From Fibrobacter sp. (lineage in GTDB: Bacteria; Fibrobacterota; Fibrobacteria; Fibrobacterales; Fibrobacteraceae), in the NCBI GenBank assembly GCA_024689485.1, contig JAILDK010000015.1, positions 1,921-65,920 on the forward strand: 64,000 bases of DNA, read 5' to 3'. The notes below the pieces were generated by a model. The model searched no databases and was not told the origin of the DNA. It saw only the letters and a program-made list of their open reading frames with translations. Of this stretch, positions 21,001 through 28,059 are shown piece by piece. Position 1 is the first letter of the stretch, and the number at the start of each line of letters is the position of its first letter. The translations under genes were made by a program, and so were the position numbers.

Positions 21001-22485
21001 GGTCACGACTCGGTCCTCACCGACGAAATGAACCGTATGCTGCACGAAGTTTCCATGAAGGAACTTCTGATGTTGAAGCTCGACGAAGGTGACGCCCGCG
21101 GCCCGGTCGGCATCCGCGTCAAGAGCTTTATCGAAACGGTTCGCGCCCGTCGCAAGGTCAAGTTCCCGCCGAAGACAGAAGGCCCGCTTTACCCGGCGAA
21201 GTTCCTCGAAACCGACAAGAAGAAGCGCACCGTTCTCGTCCCGAACCTTTCCTATTCGTTCAGCATTCTCGCGACGGCGTACTTCCGCTCTCTCGGCTAC
21301 AACGCGGTACAGCTCCCGCTCGGCGGCCCAGAAGCCTTTGCCCTCGGCAAAAAGTACGTGCATAACGACATCTGCTTCCCGGCACAGGTGAACATCGGTG
21401 AAAACCTCCTGTGGATTCAGCAGCACCCGGAAATTCCGCACGACCAGCTTTGCGTCGGCCTTTCCAAGAACTGCGAAAACTGCCGTGCCGTGCAGTATGC
21501 AACGCTCGCCCGTAAGGCTTTGGACGAAATGGGCTACGCAGACGTGCCGATCATCACGACCGGCGCCGACACAAAGGATATGCACCCGGGCTTCAAGCTT
21601 GGACTTCCGTTCCAGCTGCACATGCTCTGGGGTCTGACCACGATGGACTGCATCGAAACGATCTACCGCCGCAGCCGCCCGTATGAACTTCACGCAGGCG
21701 ACACGCAGCGCGTTTACGATAAGTGGATGCCGAAGATCATGGAAGAAATCGCTTACACGTCGAACAAGGAAATCGCCTATCCGAAGAATGCGCTCCTGAT
21801 GCTCGACCAGGCGATCGAAGAATTCAACCAGATCGAAGTCGACACGAGCTACCGCAAACCGCGCGTCGCTCTTCTCGGCGAAATTCTCATGAACTATCAC
21901 GCCGGCGCAAACGGCCACATCGAAGAATACCTCATCAACAACGGCATGGAAGTTTACCTGCCGGGCATGACGGACTTCTTCCGCGTGGACGAAGTCGTCC
22001 GCCGTGAAAAGCTCAAGCGCGGCCTCATGGCAAAGCCGATCGAAAACTGGCTCATCGGCGGTATTACGGCCAAGATCTACACGCACGCGGTGAAGACGAT
22101 CCAGAAGCATTACAAGCGTTACAAGCTCTACGAGCATCACGCAGACTGCTACGAACTCGTCAAGCTCGTCGGCGACATCATTGACCCGACGTACAACACC
22201 GGTGAAGGTTGGCTGATTCCGGGCGAAATCCTTTACAACGCTCCGCACGGCATCAACAGCTTCATTATTGTGCAGCCGTTCGCCTGCTTGGCAAACCACA
22301 TTTCCGGCCGCGGCCTCACCAAGGCTGTGAAGGCGAGATACCCGCACATCCAGGTGCTTTCTCTCGACTACGATCCGGATACAAGCTTTGCGAACATCGA
22401 AAACCGCTTGCAGATGCTCATCATCAACGCACGCGATCTCGAAAAGTCGCACGGTGTACAGCCGGAAGCTGTCGCAGCCAAGTAA
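18049..22485 (+). CDS. giant fused BcrAD/BadFG-type activase (two ATPase domains) plus a 2-hydroxyacyl-CoA-dehydratase-related C-terminal region
   Basis: Two ASKHA phosphate-1 motifs are present (VGVDVGSTTVKIAV and LGIDAGSTTTKFVL). Each domain has the cluster-ligand Cys pair (CAGGTGAFID/GRCGVFAKTD and CSSGCGSFIE/SRCTVFMNSS). A CxxCxxxC..C motif (CQYCTNHCSRT..GNRCERG) follows, then about 850 aa of a dehydratase-activase-associated region. Confidence 0.85.
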   Translation: MSNQNNDLWVGVDVGSTTVKIAVVDPATEKLLHFTYERHNAMQAQKVHDVLATAHGLFPDKNFRVAFCGSGGQPFAEATHAFFVQEVVANALAVRTTHPESRVAIELGGQDAKVVFFEKDKGSGKLIASDMRMNGVCAGGTGAFIDQVAGLLRIKTEQFESYAARGKKVYEISGRCGVFAKTDIQPLLNNGVSKEDVALSSFHAIAKQTIGGLAQGMEIKPPVIFEGGPLTFNPTLVRAFKERLGISDEQAIRPEHSEVLVAYGAALSVGSMFGDKDCGYRRDGSLDMLVHFNEKRLAARTDKNEPFFKNEAEYELFKQQHKLADKNYPQPLPGSEINAYLGIDAGSTTTKFVLVNEEEKVIDGFYASNEGEPLAVLKKALNELADRYEEYGCKLNILGVGTTGYGEQLFAKAVHADYHTVETVAHANAAQHLCPEVSFILDIGGQDMKAISVHDGVVTGIILNEACSSGCGSFIETYAKSLGVPLEMIAKLAFDAKNPSQLGSRCTVFMNSSIITEQRDGKQPEDIIAGICRSIIQNVFTKVIRIRNLETLGKHVVVQGGTFKNDAVLRAFEQQTGITPIRPERPGEMGAIGVALLTKKFMEEKKKENPDHKTSFIGLEAARNLSWDNKPGMICQYCTNHCSRTIVTFSDGQSFVTGNRCERGEVTANPDDPATKKLIAEITKKMMAVPDMVKRTNQLLVKDYAPAKLLPQTGKTIGIPRVLDFWSSLPFWKAFFTSLGYTVVISKQSDYKLFERGLQSIASDTICFPAKLVHGHVLDLVDKKVNSIFFPMMVAMPSDHTKFKKATAVCPVVQGYPDVSRNSDDPEGNYGIPMIQPVFHWTDTDQRRKQTVAYFHELWGIKKSILKKAVEEGEKALGTFRSTLAEEGEKILSDVRKNGEFAICLAGRPYHADTLINHNIAQHFTSMGIPVLTTESLPGVFDQDLDHHTRMEVKNTFHMRMLGAAMLAGKDPSLELVQIVSFGCGHDSVLTDEMNRMLHEVSMKELLMLKLDEGDARGPVGIRVKSFIETVRARRKVKFPPKTEGPLYPAKFLETDKKKRTVLVPNLSYSFSILATAYFRSLGYNAVQLPLGGPEAFALGKKYVHNDICFPAQVNIGENLLWIQQHPEIPHDQLCVGLSKNCENCRAVQYATLARKALDEMGYADVPIITTGADTKDMHPGFKLGLPFQLHMLWGLTTMDCIETIYRRSRPYELHAGDTQRVYDKWMPKIMEEIAYTSNKEIAYPKNALLMLDQAIEEFNQIEVDTSYRKPRVALLGEILMNYHAGANGHIEEYLINNGMEVYLPGMTDFFRVDEVVRREKLKRGLMAKPIENWLIGGITAKIYTHAVKTIQKHYKRYKLYEHHADCYELVKLVGDIIDPTYNTGEGWLIPGEILYNAPHGINSFIIVQPFACLANHISGRGLTKAVKARYPHIQVLSLDYDPDTSFANIENRLQMLIINARDLEKSHGVQPEAVAAK

Positions 22486-22494
22486 AAAACTTCA

Positions 22495-22527
22495 AGCGGT
22501 CCCAAACGGGGCCGCTTTTTTATTTTA
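22495..22527 (+). terminator. rho-independent terminator
   Basis: The stem AGCGGTCCC-aaac-GGGGCCGCT is followed by TTTTTTATTTT. Confidence 0.75.
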
Positions 22528-22574
22528 AAATCCCGTCTTCCGAAAAAGGTTACATATAAAGTAACAAGAGAAAA

Positions 22575-23138
22575 GTGACCATGACCCATCTGACCGCAAA
22601 CGCTCCGTTCACAAACCTCGCCAAGGAAAAAGGCGTTACCACCTGGGAAGCGCTCAAGGATTACGTGGCAAATCTCCCCTACGGCAGAACCTCGAACCCG
22701 AAGGATCTTTCCCTTGTACTTACCGAAGGCCGCGGAACGTGCAGCGGAAAGCATGCGATCCTCGTCTGCATCGCCAAAGAGAATTCCATTCCCGACGTCC
22801 ATCTGATGGTTTCCGCTTTCAAGATGAGCGCCGAAAGCACGCCCAAGGTCAAAGACGTCCTGGATCATTTTCACTTGGATTACATTCCCGAAGCGCACTG
22901 CTACTTAAAAGAAAACGGCCAGTTCGAAGATTACACGCGCCCGGGCAAATTCATCGAAGATTTCGAAAACACAATTCTCGACACCCGCGAGCTTTTGGAC
23001 CCCGAAAACGTCGCCGTGGAAAAGACCGCTTACCACAAGCAGTTCATGGAAAAATGGCTCGACGAAATGTTCCTTCCCTATTCGCCCGAAGAAATGTGGC
23101 GCATTCGCGAAGCCTGCATTTTGAGTCTCTCTGAATAA
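22575..23138 (+). CDS. hypothetical protein with a possible transglutaminase-like Cys-His-Asp core
   Basis: Codon usage is coding-like. The motifs GRGTCSGKHAIL and PEAHCYL resemble the transglutaminase/cysteine-protease core. The start could be 22575 (GTG) or 22581 (ATG). Confidence 0.45.
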   Translation: MTMTHLTANAPFTNLAKEKGVTTWEALKDYVANLPYGRTSNPKDLSLVLTEGRGTCSGKHAILVCIAKENSIPDVHLMVSAFKMSAESTPKVKDVLDHFHLDYIPEAHCYLKENGQFEDYTRPGKFIEDFENTILDTRELLDPENVAVEKTAYHKQFMEKWLDEMFLPYSPEEMWRIREACILSLSE

Positions 23139-23155
23139 TTACTATCTTTGGCGCC

Positions 23156-24748
23156 ATGCTCAATGTTTCTAATGTTAGTCTGCAGTATGGAAGCCGCGTG
23201 CTTTTCAAAGATGTCAACCTTTCTTTCCGCAAGGGTAATTGCTACGGGATTATCGGTGCAAACGGTGCCGGCAAGTCCACGTTCTTGAAGATCCTTTCCG
23301 GAGAATTGGAACCGAACACGGGTGACGTCACCCATGACGCGAACGAACGTCTTTCTGTTTTGAAGCAGGATCACTTCGCCTACGAAGAACATACCGTTCT
23401 CGACACGGTCATGATGGGCTACCCGGAACTTTACAAGATCGGCAAGCGCCGCGAAGAACTTTACGCCAAGCCGGAAATGACCGAAGACGAAGGCATGGAA
23501 GCCATCGAACTCGAAACGCAATTCGGCGAAATGGGCGGCTACGAAGCGGAATCCTCCGCCGGTACGCTCCTCAAGGGCCTCGACATTCCGGAAGAATCCC
23601 ACACGAAGCTCATGAAGGAACTCGACGCGAACGAAAAGATCCGCGTCCTCCTCGCCCAGGCCCTCTTCGGCAACCCGGACATCCTTCTGCTCGACGAACC
23701 GACGAACCACATGGACCTCGAATGCGTCAACTGGCTCGAAGATTACCTCGAACGTTTTGAAAACACCGTGATCGTCGTTTCGCACGACCGTCACTTCTTG
23801 AACCGTGTCTGCACGAACATCTGCGATATCGACTACGGCAAGATCAACATCTACGGCGGTAACTACGAATTCTGGTACGAAGCAAGCCAGCTCGCCCAGA
23901 AGCAGCGCAAGGACCAGAACCGCCGCGCCGAAGAAAAGATCGCTGAACTCAAGGCGTTCATCCAGCGCTTCGCATCGAACGCTTCCAAGGCAAAGCAGGC
24001 CACGAGCCGTAAAAAGCTCCTCGACAAGATGACCGTGGACGAAATGCCGGCTTCGAGCCGTAAGTTCCCGTGGGTCAGCTTCAAGATGGACCGCGAACCG
24101 GGCAAGATCGTTCTCGAAGTCAAGGATTTGACTCTCGACGCTGGCGACGGCGTCAAGCTCGAACATTTGAACTTCTCCCTCAACGGTGAAGACAAGGTCG
24201 CCCTCGTCGGCGAATACGGAACCCTCAAGACCGCATTCTTCGAAGCGATCCAAGATCCGGAAAACATCAAGTCCGGCAAGGTCAAATGGGGCACGACCAT
24301 TTCTTCGAGCTATTTCCCGAAGAACAACGATGCCTTCTTTGGCGAAGATCTTTCCCTCGTGGACTGGCTCCGTCAATTCAGCAAGGAACAGGATGAAACG
24401 TTCATCCGCGGATTCCTCGGCCGTATGCTCTTCACGGGTGAAGAAGCCCTGAAGTCGGCAAAGGTTCTTTCCGGTGGTGAAAAGGTGCGCTGCATGCTCA
24501 GCCGTATGATGCTTTCGAACGCCAACATGCTGATGCTCGACGAACCGACCGCCCACCTGGACCTCGAATCGATTACCGCGCTGAACAATGGACTTGTCGC
24601 CTACAAGGGACCGGTCATTTTCTGCACCGAAGACCATGAATTTGCCCAAACTTTGGCAAATCATATCCTCGAATTGACTCCTAGCGGCTATTTAGACCGT
24701 TCTATCACGTTTGATGAATGGTTTGCTACCCGTAAAAAGAAGAAATAA
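23156..24748 (+). CDS. ABC-F family ATPase (YbiT-like, no transmembrane domain)
   Basis: It has two ABC cassettes: Walker A GANGAGKST with signature LSGGEKVR, and a second signature-like segment (NEKIRVLLAQAL) with Walker B LLLDEPTNHMD/LMLDEPTAHLD. A charged linker separates them. Size is 530 aa. Confidence 0.9.
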   Translation: MLNVSNVSLQYGSRVLFKDVNLSFRKGNCYGIIGANGAGKSTFLKILSGELEPNTGDVTHDANERLSVLKQDHFAYEEHTVLDTVMMGYPELYKIGKRREELYAKPEMTEDEGMEAIELETQFGEMGGYEAESSAGTLLKGLDIPEESHTKLMKELDANEKIRVLLAQALFGNPDILLLDEPTNHMDLECVNWLEDYLERFENTVIVVSHDRHFLNRVCTNICDIDYGKINIYGGNYEFWYEASQLAQKQRKDQNRRAEEKIAELKAFIQRFASNASKAKQATSRKKLLDKMTVDEMPASSRKFPWVSFKMDREPGKIVLEVKDLTLDAGDGVKLEHLNFSLNGEDKVALVGEYGTLKTAFFEAIQDPENIKSGKVKWGTTISSSYFPKNNDAFFGEDLSLVDWLRQFSKEQDETFIRGFLGRMLFTGEEALKSAKVLSGGEKVRCMLSRMMLSNANMLMLDEPTAHLDLESITALNNGLVAYKGPVIFCTEDHEFAQTLANHILELTPSGYLDRSITFDEWFATRKKKK

Positions 24749-24790
24749 CGTATATTCTCGTATATAAACATTTAACCAGTGAGGTTTGTT

Positions 24791-25801
24791 ATGGGGTTTC
24801 GTACTAGTCTATTGTTTGTAGCTGCAGCGGCTATGAGCGTGTTTGCTTCGGAAAGGGTCTATATGCCCCTTTTCGAACTGGTCAACATCCACGATGACTA
24901 CCAGTATGCGTCTTCCAAACTTTTCCAGCGTTACGCGGACAAGGACGGACGTTACGAAGTGGTCATTCCTGCACAGACCGATTCCGCTCAGGCTCAGCCG
25001 GCTAAGGCTGATGTCCAGAAGATCGCTCAGGAAAAGGGATGCTCCAAGTACATTCTCGCTGACTTGACCCGCCTCGGTGAAACCGTGGTCGTCTCCCTTT
25101 CGCTCTACAGCACGCAGAACGGCCAGCTCCTCTGGTCCGATGCGATGAAGGCAGCGAATCCGGACGATCTTGACCCGATCCTCGAACGCATGGCCAAGGC
25201 AATCGGTACTGACCAAACGGCTTCGCAGACCGAAGACATCTACACGGTCACCCAGAAGGAAGAAAAGAAGCTCCGCAAGAAGCGTGCGAACAAGTCCTTC
25301 GGTTTCGGTATCACCGGCTTTACGATGCTCAACAGTCCGGGTCCGTGGTTCCAGCCGGGTCTTGAACTCTTCTGGTCTTACGACTCCCGCAACATCCTTT
25401 TCCAGATCGACGGTTCCTTCAACTTCCACAGCGATTCGAGAACGGAGCACTACACCAATTACTATGATGAACAGGATTCCTACTCGATCGACGAAACGCT
25501 TGTGAACCTGTCCCTCGGCCTTTCGGGTTACTATCCGTTCTTCGACGGTAGCACGACTCCGTTCCTCGGTGGCGGTCTCACCTTTACTTCGACCATCTAC
25601 GAAGAGTCGAGCGACTACTATTACAGCGACGAAGAAGACACAAGCAATACCGGTCTCTGGGTTCGCTTGGGCGGTGGTATCCTCTTTAACCGTACAAGCA
25701 ACGTGACCTTCCGTCTTCGCGCGGAATATGCGTTCTCCACTTACAAGGTGATGCATCATGTGATGCACGGTCCGCAGGTGGCACTTGAAATCGGCTTCTA
25801 A
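24791..25801 (+). CDS. two-domain outer-membrane protein (N-terminal alpha/beta domain plus C-terminal beta-barrel)
   Basis: A signal peptide (..AAAMSVFA-SE) is present. The N-terminal half has an LpoB/CsgG-like pattern (YILADLTRLGETVVVSLSLYSTQNGQLLWS). The C-terminal half has amphipathic strands and ends ..ALEIGF. Confidence 0.5.
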   Translation: MGFRTSLLFVAAAAMSVFASERVYMPLFELVNIHDDYQYASSKLFQRYADKDGRYEVVIPAQTDSAQAQPAKADVQKIAQEKGCSKYILADLTRLGETVVVSLSLYSTQNGQLLWSDAMKAANPDDLDPILERMAKAIGTDQTASQTEDIYTVTQKEEKKLRKKRANKSFGFGITGFTMLNSPGPWFQPGLELFWSYDSRNILFQIDGSFNFHSDSRTEHYTNYYDEQDSYSIDETLVNLSLGLSGYYPFFDGSTTPFLGGGLTFTSTIYEESSDYYYSDEEDTSNTGLWVRLGGGILFNRTSNVTFRLRAEYAFSTYKVMHHVMHGPQVALEIGF

Positions 25802-25832
25802 GTCAAAGACTGCTAAGCAGATTTAAAATGAA

Positions 25833-25862
25833 AATCGCACCCATTCGGGTGCGATTTTTTTT
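25833..25862 (+). terminator. rho-independent terminator
   Basis: The stem ATCGCACCC-attc-GGGTGCGAT is followed by T8. Confidence 0.8.
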
Positions 25863-25886
25863 GAACTTCTGAAATTCAAAAAGAAC

Positions 25887-26735
25887 TTAGTTCAGTTCCA
25901 TGTTGTCGATCAAACGGGTCTTGCCGAAGAATGCGGCAATGAGAATCACGGACGGTTCGTCCACGATACCGCTCGTATTTGCCAAAAGGGTCTTCTGGCT
26001 TGCGATTTCAATGTACTGCACCACGCCGCCGGCCTTCGCCACGTTTTCCTGGATTTTGGAACGGAGCTTGTTCACATCCTTTTCGCCCGCTTCATAAGAA
26101 GCCTTGGCGTCGAGGAGAGCCTTGGAAATCGCAACCGCTGCGCCGCGTTCCACATCGTTCATGTATTCGTTGCGGCTCGAACGGGCAAGTCCCGAAGCTT
26201 CGCGCACAATCGGAAGCGTATGGATTTCGATCGGCATGTTCAAGTCCTTCACCATGCGCTTGATGAGGAACGCCTGCTGGTAATCTTTTTTGCCGAAGTA
26301 AGCGCGATCTGCGCCAGAGATGTTGAAGAGCTTTGTCACCACGGTCAGCACGCCGCGGAAATGTCCCGGACGGGTCGCGCCGCAGTAAAGGCGTTCCATC
26401 GATTCATCGCGCACGAGCGTCAGCGGATCTCCATCCGGATACATTTCTGCCGGAGTCGGAGCAAACACAAAAGTGCCACCGTGAGCGGCGACGAGTTCCG
26501 CATCCTTTTCCAAACGGCGCGGATACTTGTCGAGGTCTTCATTCTTGCCAAACTGGATCGGATTCAGAAATACGCTCACGACCGTCACATCGTTTTCTTT
26601 GGCGGATGCGTCCACCAAGCTCATATGACCTTCATGCAAAGCGCCCATCGTCGGAACGAGGCCGACGCTCTTGCCGGCTTTCTTCAACGGAAGAAGTTCT
26701 GCACGCAATTCTGCAATCGTCTTGACAATTTTCAT
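25887..26735 (-). CDS. panC: pantoate--beta-alanine ligase
   Basis: VGLVPTMGALHEGHMSL, VSVFLNPIQF and FGKKDYQQ. Size is 282 aa. Confidence 0.93.
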   Translation of the reverse strand: MKIVKTIAELRAELLPLKKAGKSVGLVPTMGALHEGHMSLVDASAKENDVTVVSVFLNPIQFGKNEDLDKYPRRLEKDAELVAAHGGTFVFAPTPAEMYPDGDPLTLVRDESMERLYCGATRPGHFRGVLTVVTKLFNISGADRAYFGKKDYQQAFLIKRMVKDLNMPIEIHTLPIVREASGLARSSRNEYMNDVERGAAVAISKALLDAKASYEAGEKDVNKLRSKIQENVAKAGGVVQYIEIASQKTLLANTSGIVDEPSVILIAAFFGKTRLIDNMELN

Positions 26736-26740
26736 TTTAT

Positions 26741-27433
26741 TTAGCCACCTTCAGGAGCAAAGTAAGTTGTCTGCGTCGGTGCCGCTGCAATCGCGTTCAG
26801 CACCATCTGCAGATGTTTTTCGTTGTTGACAAAATCGATTTTATTCGTGTTGATAATCAGGACAGGCGCCTTGGTGTAATGCCAAAAATGATGATCGTAG
26901 CGCTGTAGCAGATCGCGCAGATAATTGCCTTCGATGGATTTTTCCATCGCGCGTCCGCGCTTGCTGATGCGACTCAAGAGGGTCGAAACGTCTGCCTGCA
27001 AATAGATGATCAAATCCGGATGCGGAAGGTTCGTCGAAAGGCTGTTCGAAACCGTATCGTACATGGCCATTTCGCTGTCCGTCAAATTCTGGAGTGCAAA
27101 GATGCGATCCTTTTCAAACGTGTAATCGCTCACGACATTGTGACGGAACAGGTCGTTCTGCACAAAGGCGTCCTGGAACTGGCGCAGGCGCGACAGCAAA
27201 AAGAAGAGCTGCGTCTGGAACGCATAGGCCGCCGGATTTTCATAAAAGCGTGCAAGGAACGGATTGTCTTCGAACTGCTCCAATACGAGGTTCGCCCCGA
27301 GTTCCTTGGAAAGGATTCGAGCGAGCGAAGTTTTACCGGCACCGATTACACCGTCGATCGCGACAAAATGCACACGTTCCGGAAGCTTCAATGTCGCTTC
27401 CGATTTCGACTGTCCTACAAATGCCTCATTCAT
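26741..27433 (-). CDS. deoxynucleoside kinase
   Basis: P-loop IDGVIGAGKTSLA, plus the E.F..NPFL and DRS-like motifs. I trimmed the start to MNEAFVG.., which follows GGAGGTGGG. This removes the overlap with folK. Confidence 0.8.
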   Translation of the reverse strand: MNEAFVGQSKSEATLKLPERVHFVAIDGVIGAGKTSLARILSKELGANLVLEQFEDNPFLARFYENPAAYAFQTQLFFLLSRLRQFQDAFVQNDLFRHNVVSDYTFEKDRIFALQNLTDSEMAMYDTVSNSLSTNLPHPDLIIYLQADVSTLLSRISKRGRAMEKSIEGNYLRDLLQRYDHHFWHYTKAPVLIINTNKIDFVNNEKHLQMVLNAIAAAPTQTTYFAPEGG

Positions 27434-27953
27434 CGCCCACCTCCACTTTCTTGAAATCCACATCGGCGCCGGAGAATTTCAGTTCTTCCAAAATCTTCTT
27501 CGCCTTTTTTCCGAGTAACGGATCCACCCAATCCGGGTCGAGTTCCACCAGCGGTACCATCACAAAGCCACGGGTCGTGGCGAGAGGATGCGGTACTGTC
27601 GGACCGTCCTGCTTTCCCTTGCGAATGCATTCGCCGTAATAGAGCAGGTCCATGTCGATTTCACGTTGCTCCCAATGTCCACGCGGACGCCTTCCCAAAA
27701 AGAGTTCCGCGCCCTTGAGATAATTCAAAAGTTTTTCGGGACCTTTGCCATACCAGAACGTCACGACCTGATTCAAGAAAGGTCCTTGGTTTTGCGGACC
27801 GACAGGCGAGGTCTCGTAGATGGAACTTTCCTTCCAACCGCCCAAGGATATTTTCTTTAACATCGACCGAGCTTCCGCGAGACGCTTGCCTCGTGGAGCG
27901 ATGTTGCTGCCTAAAGCGATGAAGACTCGTTCCAAAGATTCCACGAGTGCCAA
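27426..27953 (-). CDS. folK: 2-amino-4-hydroxy-6-hydroxymethyldihydropteridine diphosphokinase
   Basis: VFIALGSNI.., [26 protein letters not shown] and PHP...RGFVMVPL. The exact start (TTG or GTG) is uncertain. Confidence 0.85.
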   Translation of the reverse strand: MALVESLERVFIALGSNIAPRGKRLAEARSMLKKISLGGWKESSIYETSPVGPQNQGPFLNQVVTFWYGKGPEKLLNYLKGAELFLGRRPRGHWEQREIDMDLLYYGECIRKGKQDGPTVPHPLATTRGFVMVPLVELDPDWVDPLLGKKAKKILEELKFSGADVDFKKVEVGDE

Positions 27954-28059
27954 TATAGATTTTTTTATGTATATTAAGGGGCGGACAAAGCATTCTCGCT
28001 TTTTCCTTTTATTCTTATTATATCTTTTTTTATTTCTTTTACAGTTCGCAGGAGTCCCT

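Noticed and set aside
17860-22452. 1530-aa ORF on the minus strand, fully antisense to the activase gene
   Set aside because: It is in the exact codon register of the sense gene, so it stays open simply because the sense gene never uses TTA, CTA or TCA. The translation is low-complexity (R/V/F/H/D-rich) with no recognisable motif, signal or RBS. The plus-strand product has many strong family motifs.
23078-24664. 528-aa antisense ORF over the ABC-F gene; similar cases at 39456-40955, 55911-57464, 24809-25768, 15034-15936, 36002-36673 and 61542-62753
   Set aside because: All are in-register shadows of well-supported genes on the other strand, and none has family motifs.
27820-28059. Track-annotated upstream extension of the rho ORF (start at 27820)
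   Set aside because: It would overlap folK on the opposite strand by more than 130 nt. The extension is a hydrophobic, low-complexity read-through of an AT-rich spacer. A GTG with an AGGAG RBS at 28060 is a better start. Similar over-extensions were trimmed at 36523 (tsaE), 59731 (small ORF), 53230 (barrel), 59969 (xylanase), 33857 (ATPase), 27463 (kinase) and 7129 (GT4).
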